Shown here: one piece after another, positions 9,493 through 18,177 of the stretch
Position numbering within the stretch: position 1 is the stretch's first letter
How the letters are laid out: every line of letters begins with the position of its first letter
DNA from: an uncultured Bacteroidales bacterium
GTDB lineage: Bacteria > Bacteroidota > Bacteroidia > Bacteroidales > FEN-979
DNA: 64,000 nucleotides
Assembly: GCA_903828645.1 (NCBI GenBank)
Contig: CAIKNA010000127.1
Coordinates: forward strand, 7,855 to 71,854
Direction of reading: 5' to 3'
Notes under the pieces: model-generated
What the model saw: only the letters and a program-made list of their open reading frames with translations
Told to the model about the DNA's origin: nothing
Database searches by the model: none
Program-made: the position numbers and the translations under genes

Positions 9493-10866
9493 ATGGAGTT
9501 ACCCTTTGCCGAGTCCTATAAAATCAAGATGGTGGAACCGATCCGCAAGAGCACCCGCCAGGAACGCGAAAAATGGATCAAAGAGGCGAATTATAATCTG
9601 TTCGGACTGAAAAGCGACCAGGTCTTCATCGACCTTCTTACCGACTCGGGAACCGGTGCGATGAGCGACAGGCAATGGTCGGAAATCATGCTGGGAGATG
9701 AGAGTTATGCCGGGGCTTCCTCCTATTTTAAAATGAAAGATGCCATCCGTGAGGTGCTTGGTTTTGAGTACTTTTTACCAACCCACCAGGGACGTGCAGC
9801 CGAAAATGTACTTTTTTCAGTCCTCATCAAAGAGGGTGACATCATCCCGGGAAATTCGCATTTTGACACCACAAAGGGGCACATCGAATTCCGAAAGGCA
9901 ACTGCCGTCGACTGTACCATTGATGAAGCATTTGACACCACCCTGTCACACCCGTTCAAGGGCAATGTTGACCCGATAAAACTTGAAAACATACTGAGAT
10001 CCAGCGGTGATAAAATTCCATTCATCATAGTTACCGTAACGTGCAACTCGTCAGGTGGCCAGCCTGTTTCGGTTGAGAACCTGAAGATGGTACGGCATCT
10101 GGCCGACAAATACGGGAAGATGGTCGTTTTTGACTCTGCCCGTTTTTCTGAAAATGCCTATTTCATCAAATTGCGCGAAAAGGGATACCAGGATAAAACC
10201 ATTCGTGAAATTGTCCGTGAAATGTTTGACTGCGCGGACGTGATGACCATGAGCGCCAAAAAAGATGCGATTGTGAACATGGGCGGATTCATTGCCATGA
10301 GAACCAAAGAGTTGCATTCAAAAGCGAGTGTTTACAACATCATGTTCGAAGGTTATATCACTTATGGAGGCATGTCGGGCCGTGACATGAATGCGCTTGC
10401 GCAGGGGCTTTATGAAGGCACCGAGTACGATTACCTGGAAACCCGGATCCGGCAGGTGGAGTATCTTGGAATGCGACTGATGGACTTTGGCATCCCCTTG
10501 CAGCAGCCCATTGGCGGCCATGCTGTGTTTATCGACGCCAAACGTTTTTTGCCTCATCTTCCCAAAGAGGAATTCCAGGCGCAAACCCTCGCCGTTGAAC
10601 TTTACGTTGAGGCTGGTGTGCGTGGTGTCGAAATCGGGGCCCTGCTTGCCGACCGCGACCCGGTGACACGCGAAAACCGTTACCCGGCACTGGAGCTGAT
10701 GCGACTCGCCATTCCCCGGAGAGTTTACACCAACAACCATATGGATGTTGTTGCCGTGGCTTTGAAAAACATCTACGACCGTCGGGACACCATCCGCAAA
10801 GGGCTGAAAATATTAACAGAAGCGCCCATTATGCGGCATTTTACGGCCACCTTTGATCTCGCCTGA
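9493..10866 (+). CDS. tnaA: Tryptophanase-like beta-eliminating lyase (tryptophanase / tyrosine phenol-lyase family)
   Basis: 457-aa ORF with FIDLLTDSGTGAMS, PTHQGRAAE, DSARFSENAYFIK and the PLP-lysine motif SAKKDAIVNMGG. These segments look closer to E. coli TnaA than to tyrosine phenol-lyase as I recall them, but substrate specificity is not proven. Confidence 0.75.
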   Translation: MELPFAESYKIKMVEPIRKSTRQEREKWIKEANYNLFGLKSDQVFIDLLTDSGTGAMSDRQWSEIMLGDESYAGASSYFKMKDAIREVLGFEYFLPTHQGRAAENVLFSVLIKEGDIIPGNSHFDTTKGHIEFRKATAVDCTIDEAFDTTLSHPFKGNVDPIKLENILRSSGDKIPFIIVTVTCNSSGGQPVSVENLKMVRHLADKYGKMVVFDSARFSENAYFIKLREKGYQDKTIREIVREMFDCADVMTMSAKKDAIVNMGGFIAMRTKELHSKASVYNIMFEGYITYGGMSGRDMNALAQGLYEGTEYDYLETRIRQVEYLGMRLMDFGIPLQQPIGGHAVFIDAKRFLPHLPKEEFQAQTLAVELYVEAGVRGVEIGALLADRDPVTRENRYPALELMRLAIPRRVYTNNHMDVVAVALKNIYDRRDTIRKGLKILTEAPIMRHFTATFDLA

Positions 10867-10873
10867 CAACACC

Positions 10874-11335
10874 ATGGAAGAGTCAAAGAAACATGCCCGC
10901 TACCAGCGATTGTATGACCAACTGGAACCCCTGATGCATCAATCAACTGATCCTGATGCCCGCATGGCCACCATCGTGGCAGTTCTTCATCATAAAATGG
11001 AATATTTTTTCTGGACCGGGTTTTATGTTCTCAGATCGGGAGAACTAACTGTAAAAACTTACCAGGGACCGCTTGCATGCCAGGTTCTCCGGCAACATAC
11101 CGGTGTTTGCTGGGCCAGCATTGATCAGCAGTCTACACAGGTGGTACCTGATGTGCACCTGTTTCCCGGGCACATTGCCTGCGATTCACGCTCCCTGTCG
11201 GAAATTGCCGTCCCTGTGAGAAACCCCAAAGGTGAAATAACCGGGGTGCTCGATGTTGACAGCGACTTGCCGGCTTCATTTAATGCCATCGATGCCGGCT
11301 GGCTGGAAAAAATTGTTAATCTTATTTACTCTTGA
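10874..11335 (+). CDS. msrC: GAF-domain free methionine-(R)-sulfoxide reductase-like protein (YebR/MsrC family)
   Basis: It has a conserved GPLACQ...GVCW...HIACDSRSLSEIAVPV pattern. I set the start at the ATG at 10874, just after the upstream stop at 10864-10866. Confidence 0.7.
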   Translation: MEESKKHARYQRLYDQLEPLMHQSTDPDARMATIVAVLHHKMEYFFWTGFYVLRSGELTVKTYQGPLACQVLRQHTGVCWASIDQQSTQVVPDVHLFPGHIACDSRSLSEIAVPVRNPKGEITGVLDVDSDLPASFNAIDAGWLEKIVNLIYS

Positions 11336-11892
11336 ATTTCGCCGAAATATTCATGATATCCCTTGGCCTTTCCATGGACTGTTTTGCCGTGTCGCTTACT
11401 TTCGGATCGGCACGCAAACTGGTATGGAATGATATCTTCCGGATGGCTTTTCTTTTCGGGCTCTTCCAGGGAGTGATGCCGCTCATTGGATGGCTGGTAG
11501 GGCACAGCATACAGGCACTGATCGAACCGGTCGATCACTGGATCGCCTTCGCCATCCTTGCTTCCATCGGGGTAAAAATGGTCTGGCAATCTTTCTCGCT
11601 TGGTGATGAAAAGAGGTCTGTCGATATACGGAAAATTTCAGTTTTACTAACCCTTTCCGTCGCCACCAGCATCGATGCCCTGATCACGGGAGTCGGGTTC
11701 GGATTCATCAGGGCAAATATTTATGAGGCTGTCATCATCATTTCGGTCACTACATTCCTCGTTTCAGTCATTGGTGCCAAACTTGGCGAACAAACCACCT
11801 TTATCCCGGCCCGCTGGGCTGAATTTGCAGGCGGAATGGTGCTGATCGCCATCGGGGTCACCGTGGTACTGGAGCATCTTGCAATCATTTGA
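11332..11892 (+). CDS. mntP: Manganese efflux pump MntP
   Basis: 186-aa ORF with about 6 TM segments. It has the duplicated SMDCFAVS / SIDALITG motifs typical of MntP. It overlaps the upstream gene by 4 bp. Confidence 0.8.
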   Translation: MNFAEIFMISLGLSMDCFAVSLTFGSARKLVWNDIFRMAFLFGLFQGVMPLIGWLVGHSIQALIEPVDHWIAFAILASIGVKMVWQSFSLGDEKRSVDIRKISVLLTLSVATSIDALITGVGFGFIRANIYEAVIIISVTTFLVSVIGAKLGEQTTFIPARWAEFAGGMVLIAIGVTVVLEHLAII

Positions 11893-11945
11893 ACCGTGTA
11901 TCCCGCACGATAGATTTCCGTATCTTTGCCGTTCACTTAACCCCT

Positions 11946-12392
11946 ATGAACCAGATCAGGGTAACCAAAGAGTTCAGGTTTGAATCAGCCCATGCTTTGA
12001 TGGGCTATGACGGACCGTGCAAAAATGTCCATGGCCATTCCTATGAATTATCCGTCACGGTTATAGGTGCTCCGATTGACGATCGGGCTTCTGCCAAACT
12101 TGGCATGGTGATGGATTTTGGTGATTTGAAAAAGATCATTAAAAAGCAAATTGTCGATCCTTTCGACCATGCATTGTTGTTGAATTCGGAGGTCCCGCAA
12201 CGGGAACTTCAAAACTACGGGGAACCATTTACCAATATCGTTTTGCTGCCCTACCAACCTACCAGTGAGAATTTCCTTCTTGATTTTGCCAAACGGATAG
12301 CCGAATTACTGCCCCAGGGAGTTCAGCTTCACAGCATGCGGCTGCGGGAAACTGCAAATTCCTACGCGGAATGGTTTGCCGCTGATAATTAA
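11946..12392 (+). CDS. queD: 6-carboxy-5,6,7,8-tetrahydropterin synthase
   Basis: It carries KEFRFESAHAL and the CxxxHGH zinc motif (CKNVHGHSYEL). The start is set at the MNQIRVTKEF Met. Confidence 0.85.
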   Translation: MNQIRVTKEFRFESAHALMGYDGPCKNVHGHSYELSVTVIGAPIDDRASAKLGMVMDFGDLKKIIKKQIVDPFDHALLLNSEVPQRELQNYGEPFTNIVLLPYQPTSENFLLDFAKRIAELLPQGVQLHSMRLRETANSYAEWFAADN

Positions 12393-12976
12393 TTCTTCTT
12401 TTTTTCACTTTGTACCAGGTGTACTTCTGCATTTACATCCTTGTTGCCAAGGGTGATCCGGGTGCATGAATCGGATGTTGCGTACCTGTCGAACCAGGAT
12501 GGAAGAAAATTCTTTGCTGCTTCCGAACTTTCCTCCGGTGCAATCCTCAACAAATAGTTCCCGGCCCCGACACGTGAAAACTGAAAATGCCCGAAATTGT
12601 CAATGATGGCAGAACGGTAATGGGTCACGGAGTCCCAGGGCATGACTTTGTCGGCAACCTGAAAGAGTTCGGCCGATCCCCGGTTAAGACGGGCTTCTCC
12701 GGCATAAGCATGACCCCTGATCGTAGGATGATTTTTAAAACCAAAATAAACTCCAGTAAAGAGCAGGCTGACACTTATTCCTCCTATTGTCAGGAAAAAG
12801 AGAATGGGTTTGTTCCGGAAAAATGAAAAGGCTAAAATCCGGGCCAGAAAGCCGGCATGTTTTACGCCAGGGTGAAGTTTCCCCGAAATATTATCCCACA
12901 CCCTTGAGGGAGGTTCCTGTTCATAACCGGAGAAGGTCGTATTGAACTTGTTTTCGATGGGATCTTTTTCTTCCAT
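12389..12976 (-). CDS. Membrane protein, putative anti-sigma partner with a C-terminal prealbumin/CarboxypepD_reg-like domain
   Basis: 195-aa ORF lying 9 bp downstream of an ECF sigma gene. Its cytoplasmic N-terminus carries GYEQEPPSRVWDNISGKL, a motif shared with ORF 15351..16766, followed by one TM helix. Confidence 0.5.
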   Translation of the reverse strand: MEEKDPIENKFNTTFSGYEQEPPSRVWDNISGKLHPGVKHAGFLARILAFSFFRNKPILFFLTIGGISVSLLFTGVYFGFKNHPTIRGHAYAGEARLNRGSAELFQVADKVMPWDSVTHYRSAIIDNFGHFQFSRVGAGNYLLRIAPEESSEAAKNFLPSWFDRYATSDSCTRITLGNKDVNAEVHLVQSEKKKN

Positions 12977-12985
12977 GAACCTTCA

Positions 12986-13537
12986 TTAAGAAATGGTATG
13001 GTAATTTTCCCTCTGAATCAGCATCTGTCTTACTCTGTTTTTTGCCCGGTGGAACTGCGATCTCGCTGTCCCTTCTGAAATTCCAAGCAGGTCGGCTATC
13101 TCCGTGATTGCATAATTTTCGATGACATGCATATTAAAAATTGTACGATAGGCAGGTGTCAGGTGCTGGATAATTGCAAGCAGTTCTTTTGCCGACAAAG
13201 CCGACAATGCATCCTCCTGCAGGGCTGGCAAGTCATCGGCGTTTTTTAATTCAACTTCCATGCTGAATTTCAGATTTTGCTGATAATAGTTTATAGCTGT
13301 GCGCACAAAAATCCGCCGGATCCATGCCTCCACTCTTCCCTCAAACCGGAACTGGTGCATGTGGTTGAAAAGCCGCATAAAGCCATCCTGGAGAATATCC
13401 TCTGCCTCTGTTTCATTCCCCGCATAACGTAAACAAAGCCCGTACATTTTGGGTGCAAATTGATGATACAGCTGGTCTTCTGCAGCAACTTCCTTTTTCA
13501 GGCACCGGGAAAGCAAGTCATAGTCATGGTCAATCAA
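12986..13537 (-). CDS. ECF-type RNA polymerase sigma-70 family factor
   Basis: 183-aa ORF with region 2 (AEDILQDGFMRLF, WIRRIFVRTAINYY) and a region 4 helix-turn-helix (ITEIADLLGISEGTARSQFHRAK). Confidence 0.85.
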   Translation of the reverse strand: MIDHDYDLLSRCLKKEVAAEDQLYHQFAPKMYGLCLRYAGNETEAEDILQDGFMRLFNHMHQFRFEGRVEAWIRRIFVRTAINYYQQNLKFSMEVELKNADDLPALQEDALSALSAKELLAIIQHLTPAYRTIFNMHVIENYAITEIADLLGISEGTARSQFHRAKNRVRQMLIQRENYHTIS

Positions 13538-13581
13538 GAGCCGGCAGTATTTTAGGACCGTAAATGTAATGAAAAACCACG

Positions 13582-15354
13582 CTAATATTTCAGGAGTTTT
13601 TTTACCGCCACCGGGGAACCATCCTTCGAACTGATAATGAACAGATACAATCCTGCCCTGGCCGATCCCAACGGAATGGTTATCAGGTTAGAACCCGCCT
13701 TGCAAGCACTCATTCCCGACCAGGCAACCTGGCCCGTCAGGGTTCTGATTTCGAATTTCAGGGTTGCCGGGTTTGCCAGTTCAATGTTCAGGCTTACGAG
13801 GTTTGTGGCAGGGTTGGGAAACAAATCGCCTGCCACAACAACCGCCCCGGTCAAGTCAGGGACAGCGGTGACATCGTGGTTGAAAATCTCCAGCCGGAGA
13901 CTGTCGATGACCGGGGAGACCGAATCAAGCCATATGGCAGTGAGCCTCGAATATTTCCCAGGGTATTCGACAGAAGCATAGTAAGTGCCACATGGCAGGT
14001 TGCGCAGTTCGAACTGGCCAGATTGGCGTGAAATGTCAAACACGACAGGTTTCATTTGTCCGTCGAACAAAATTACTTCGGCAAAAGGCACCATATCAAA
14101 TTTATCCTTTGCGTTTTTTATCACCACATTACCATGGATTACCCCTGGCCCGGCAAGCGAATCATTTGCCGGTATAAGATGAATGTCAGCCTGATAGGCA
14201 TTGCTGTCGGAAAGATGAAGGATGCCGGCATCCCTCCATGAAAGTGACTGCTGAAGGTATCCCGGAAAATATTGAGCATAGTGAGCGGAGCCGGGTGTAA
14301 GCATTGCCCGTATCAAATAGGACCCGTTCACCATTTTTGGAAAGGCATAATATCCCAGGTGCGTAAACCTGCTTGTGTTATAAAGGATCAACCTGGATCC
14401 GTCAATCCTGAAAAGATAAGCAACACCCGTATCTCCGGTTGATACCGGGTTATTGATCGGAAAGGCTCCGATAAACACATGCCCGCCAACATCAAAATAT
14501 GTTGCCATGGGTATGGTCTTGCAAATTGAATCAGCACATAAGATTTCCCCGTGGTCCTCCTTTTTAATCACCAGGCAGGCCTGGTGTGTTCCCGGGGTCA
14601 GAAAGTGATGTTCGACAAATGGTGTAAAATAGGCTGAACCGTCGTCGAACTTCCAAATAAATTTATTCGGATCGCCGGTAGAAATATTGTTGAATCTGAA
14701 GGTATTGGAGACGGGATTCAGGGAGTCGAGTTCGCTGGTAAACATCGCATGGCATTCGGTGGCTTCCATGATTCGTAGTGAGTCGCACTTTACGTCATTG
14801 CATTTTGCGACCGAATCGAAATTATAAGCCGTTAAACATACCCTGAAATTACCATACGAAGGAAAAACATGCACCGGGTTTCGGTCATCTGAAAAATTGC
14901 CATCTCCAAAATCCCAGTGCCAGCGGTTGATGTTTCCACTTGACTTATCGGCAAAGTGGGTTTTCAGGCGATCATCCGGGTCGAACGTATAAGAATAATC
15001 GGCAACACAGGTTCCCGGTTCATGTATCGTTGTTGAAACACACAAAACATCATGACAAATATTTCCGGTGTCGGTGCTGGAGACGGTCAGACATACAAAA
15101 TAGGTTCCGCCAGCGGGATAGATGTGCACGGGGTTCTGAATTGTGGATGTTGAACCATCGCCAAAATTCCATTGCCACAGGGTAATCCCGCCTGATGACT
15201 GATCCTGGAAATGGATGATCAGCGGGTTAACAACATCTGTGCTTTCCAAAAAACCAGCGTGACAGGCATTCGGGCTTTCGGGCACACCGGGCATTTGCCC
15301 CGCGGCCCGGAGAATAGCTGAACAAAGCAATAATATCAGGGAGAAGGTTTTCAT
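13582..15354 (-). CDS. Secreted PKD-repeat protein with T9SS C-terminal sorting domain
   Basis: 590-aa ORF with a signal peptide and three PKD-like repeats (WQWNFGDGSTS..NPVHIY, WHWDFGDGNFS..NPVHVF, FIWKFDDGSAY). The C-terminus (LFPNPATNLVSLNIEL...GLYLFIISSKDGSPVAVKKLLKY) is typical of a T9SS CTD. Confidence 0.8.
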   Translation of the reverse strand: MKTFSLILLLCSAILRAAGQMPGVPESPNACHAGFLESTDVVNPLIIHFQDQSSGGITLWQWNFGDGSTSTIQNPVHIYPAGGTYFVCLTVSSTDTGNICHDVLCVSTTIHEPGTCVADYSYTFDPDDRLKTHFADKSSGNINRWHWDFGDGNFSDDRNPVHVFPSYGNFRVCLTAYNFDSVAKCNDVKCDSLRIMEATECHAMFTSELDSLNPVSNTFRFNNISTGDPNKFIWKFDDGSAYFTPFVEHHFLTPGTHQACLVIKKEDHGEILCADSICKTIPMATYFDVGGHVFIGAFPINNPVSTGDTGVAYLFRIDGSRLILYNTSRFTHLGYYAFPKMVNGSYLIRAMLTPGSAHYAQYFPGYLQQSLSWRDAGILHLSDSNAYQADIHLIPANDSLAGPGVIHGNVVIKNAKDKFDMVPFAEVILFDGQMKPVVFDISRQSGQFELRNLPCGTYYASVEYPGKYSRLTAIWLDSVSPVIDSLRLEIFNHDVTAVPDLTGAVVVAGDLFPNPATNLVSLNIELANPATLKFEIRTLTGQVAWSGMSACKAGSNLITIPLGSARAGLYLFIISSKDGSPVAVKKLLKY

Positions 15355-16766
15355 GGACTTGTCTTTTTTTGTCCGAAGTTGAACTGGATCCCAACACCCA
15401 AGCCAACTGTCAGGGGGGCTTTGAATATGACATTTTCCTGGGTCACCATGGGGTTCAGATAATATTTGAAAGTTGGTTCCATGTAAATGCTGATTTTCTT
15501 ATTCAGCCTCATTTCCATGTAGAGGTTTGCCCACACCTGCCAGTTGGTTTGAATCCGTGACGGGGTGTTGTTATCCACACTGGTAATCGTGGCGTTGCCG
15601 TTGTCGAAAACCGCAGCAGGCTTGCGGGAACCAAGCAAAACAGAGATTGCAGGACCAGCCTGGAAAGTCAGGCTGATGCTGTTTGATTCAAAGAAACGGT
15701 ACCCCAGCAACAATGGAACCTGAAGGTATGAATACTGGTTCTTTGTCTGCGAACCGGCAGCATGTTGCAGGCTGTCATATACATTTACTGTTTTGGTATT
15801 GTAGATAATATCGTTGTGGGTCCCGATGGAATAGGAGGTAACTTCGTTAAAATACCCAACACTGTCGCGGCTTTTATAGCCTATGACATATTTACCTTCA
15901 TCATAAACATAACCCACGCCAAATCCTGAGGCAATTGAAAACCGGGAGATATGCCAGGTTACCCCGGCATTCACCCAAAAATTCGCTCTGTAGTAATTTT
16001 CAGGAGCTGAATAGAATGCCATTTCGGGTGCAATGCCAAGATTTCCGGAAAAAAACTGCATCGCCCCGGATGTCGTTTTCCTGAATTTAAACGTGCCTGC
16101 CGAATTGGATACGGTAATGATGGTATCGACTCCCGGCGCAGTCGGGAGCATGGCCGCTTCATAGGGCGACATATGTGTTATTGAGACAATTGCTGACAGC
16201 CCGGCGGAATGGGTGGAGACAGATTCCATTTCATCCTGCGCTACAGATGGCGTGACTGCCTGCATTGCCAAAGTCGCAACCGGTTTATTCTTCATTTCCG
16301 GTGCAGGGGCCATTGCCCTTTGTTCTTTGTTATCGAGGGTTTTGGTTGATTTCCCAATAGAAGGATCCTGGTTTGCAATTCTGGCAACTACCGTGTTTTC
16401 AGTGCTTTTTTGATCAATACCTGTCACCGGATGAATGGATGATTCTGTAACCGGAGTCCCTGCAGTTGAAACAGCCCGGTCGACGATTTTTACATCGGAT
16501 TTTGTAGCTTCATGCCCGGAAGTGCCCCCGGGCAAGCCATAATAAAGGGCGGTTGCAACCAGCAACAACCCGACAGATCCGGCAATCCAGAGTTTTGGGG
16601 AAAGATTGGTCAGGTTGAAATGGACGAGCTCCCTCCACAACAACTTCCGGCTGATGCCTTTCCATAGACCGGGCTTAGGCTCAACACGATAACCCTGCAT
16701 GGTTTCTCGCAAAAGCTGATCCGCCCCGCCATCATCAAAAGCCTTTAAATCTATGTTATCACTCAT
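15351..16766 (-). CDS. Anti-sigma-like membrane protein with a C-terminal outer-membrane beta-barrel-like domain
   Basis: 471-aa ORF. It overlaps the sigma gene by 8 bp and the PKD gene by 4 bp. Its N-terminus has GYRVEPKPGLWKGISRKLL, followed by one TM helix (LWIAGSVGLLLVATALYYGL). Next comes an S/T/A/P-rich linker, then alternating-hydrophobic strands ending LTVGLGVGIQFNFGQ. Confidence 0.6.
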   Translation of the reverse strand: MSDNIDLKAFDDGGADQLLRETMQGYRVEPKPGLWKGISRKLLWRELVHFNLTNLSPKLWIAGSVGLLLVATALYYGLPGGTSGHEATKSDVKIVDRAVSTAGTPVTESSIHPVTGIDQKSTENTVVARIANQDPSIGKSTKTLDNKEQRAMAPAPEMKNKPVATLAMQAVTPSVAQDEMESVSTHSAGLSAIVSITHMSPYEAAMLPTAPGVDTIITVSNSAGTFKFRKTTSGAMQFFSGNLGIAPEMAFYSAPENYYRANFWVNAGVTWHISRFSIASGFGVGYVYDEGKYVIGYKSRDSVGYFNEVTSYSIGTHNDIIYNTKTVNVYDSLQHAAGSQTKNQYSYLQVPLLLGYRFFESNSISLTFQAGPAISVLLGSRKPAAVFDNGNATITSVDNNTPSRIQTNWQVWANLYMEMRLNKKISIYMEPTFKYYLNPMVTQENVIFKAPLTVGLGVGIQFNFGQKKTSP

Positions 16767-17331
16767 TGATCATTAGGGTGTTTTTCAAGAGATTCATTTC
16801 AATTATTTTTTTTCGCAGCATCCTGCGTGCTTTTAAAAGTTGTGTTTTTGACGTATTTTCCGAGATGCTGAGTTCCTGGGATATCTCTTTATGGCTGTAC
16901 TCTTCAAACACGTACATGTTAAACACCATGCGGTACCCGGGAGGCAGCATCTGGATGAGGGAAGTCAGCTTTTCCGCTGAAACCGGTGCATGTGTCGAGG
17001 GCTGCTCATCCTTTTCCATGATTTCTGTTTCATTGATGCTTTCAATATCCTCAAGGAATGGCTGTTTCCGGTTCTTCCGATAATAGTTGAGTGCATGATT
17101 GATCATGATTCGTTTCATCCATCCTTCAAATGACCCCTCGTTCCGGTAACAGTGGATATTCTGGAATATTTTCAGGAACGCTTCCTGAAGGATGTCCTCC
17201 GCTTCATCACGATTCTGGGCATATCGCAGACATATCGCCAACATCACCGCAGCATACTTACGGTAAAGGGCGCTCTGGGCACTGCGCTTCCCCGCTACGC
17301 AACCCTCGATTATGGAATCGTCAATGAGCAT
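16759..17331 (-). CDS. ECF-type RNA polymerase sigma-70 family factor
   Basis: 190-aa ORF with region 2 (AEDILQEAFLKIF, WMKRIMINHALNYYR) and region 4 (HKEISQELSISENTSKTQLLKAR). Confidence 0.85.
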   Translation of the reverse strand: MLIDDSIIEGCVAGKRSAQSALYRKYAAVMLAICLRYAQNRDEAEDILQEAFLKIFQNIHCYRNEGSFEGWMKRIMINHALNYYRKNRKQPFLEDIESINETEIMEKDEQPSTHAPVSAEKLTSLIQMLPPGYRMVFNMYVFEEYSHKEISQELSISENTSKTQLLKARRMLRKKIIEMNLLKNTLMINE

Positions 17332-17395
17332 CCAACCTTAACTATTAATCAGACGTAAATCAGGAAATTAAGTTGCCTGAAGGGTGTAAAAATAC

Positions 17396-17415
17396 AAAAA
17401 AAATGAGGCCCCTCA
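17396..17415 (-). terminator. Weak candidate intrinsic terminator after the TetR gene
   Basis: The minus strand reads TGAGG-GG-CCTCA followed by T8, beginning 7 nt after the TetR stop. The stem is only 4-5 bp, so confidence is low. Confidence 0.3.
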
Positions 17416-17422
17416 GACCCGT

Positions 17423-18046
17423 TCAGGAGAGCGTCGCCTTAAATTTATCAAAGTTGCTCTCAAAAAAAACACGGCCGTCATGGCTTAGGATTCCATTCAG
17501 GTGATATACGAAAATTTCGTGGAACATTTTCATGGAGGAGAGTTCTTCGAGCGTGAATATGTCGGTATCGAAAAAACCTTCCGTTCTGAAAACATGAAGT
17601 TTTGCAATGATTTTCGAGTTGAGTTCTTTTCGGTACAGCCCCTCCTTTTTTCCCTGGTTCAGGTTGCTGTATACCGATTCATACATCTGCCTGCGCCTGA
17701 CCTCCCTTATTTTCAGAAACAGGGCCGGATAATATTTCCGGATGTCATACTCCATGGAGGCGTTGTACTCCTTCAGCATGACATTGATTACTTTATATAC
17801 TTCAAATAACTCTTCGATTGCATTGAATTTCTTCTCTTCAATGGCACTGAGAAACCCGCACCGAAGTTCATGTTCAAACATGAGTACCTGTTTCACCAGG
17901 TCTTCCTTGTCACTGAAAAAATCGTAAATGGTCTTTTTGGAAATGCCAAGTTGCTTGGCGACTTCATCCATCGTAACACTTTTGATCCCATAGCGATGGT
18001 AAAGTCTTACGACCTGCTCTAGAATGTAACGTGCTTTCGGATCCAT
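17423..18046 (-). CDS. TetR/AcrR-family transcriptional regulator
   Basis: 207-aa ORF with an N-terminal helix-turn-helix (YGIKSVTMDEVAKQLGISKKTIYDFF). It is divergent from the RND efflux operon. Confidence 0.85.
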   Translation of the reverse strand: MDPKARYILEQVVRLYHRYGIKSVTMDEVAKQLGISKKTIYDFFSDKEDLVKQVLMFEHELRCGFLSAIEEKKFNAIEELFEVYKVINVMLKEYNASMEYDIRKYYPALFLKIREVRRRQMYESVYSNLNQGKKEGLYRKELNSKIIAKLHVFRTEGFFDTDIFTLEELSSMKMFHEIFVYHLNGILSHDGRVFFESNFDKFKATLS

Positions 18047-18080
18047 CAGGCAAAATTACATAAAAGTTCCATGGAAACGA

Positions 18081-18094
18081 TTTTCGATCGAAAA
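18081..18094. promoter_or_regulatory. Perfect 14-bp palindrome TTTTCGATCGAAAA, candidate TetR operator
   Basis: It lies in the 131-bp divergent spacer between the TetR gene (ATG 18046) and the RND adaptor (ATG 18178). It sits just upstream of the TTTG (18099-18102) and TATCTTTG (18118-18125) boxes. Confidence 0.45.
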
Positions 18095-18117
18095 GTTTTT
18101 TGCGTTCCGAAAATCCC

Positions 18118-18125
18118 TATCTTTG
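18118..18125 (+). promoter_or_regulatory. -7 box TATCTTTG for the RND efflux operon
   Basis: TAnnTTTG lies 52 nt upstream of the ATG at 18178. Confidence 0.4.
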
Positions 18126-18177
18126 CCACCCAGAATCCCTGCTTAACGATATAATCCTTATCAATACGATTCCAATT

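Noticed and set aside
18051-18058. TAATTTTG (minus strand) as a -7 box for the first TetR gene.
   Set aside because: It lies only 5 nt upstream of the ATG, too close unless the mRNA is leaderless. I left it uncalled.
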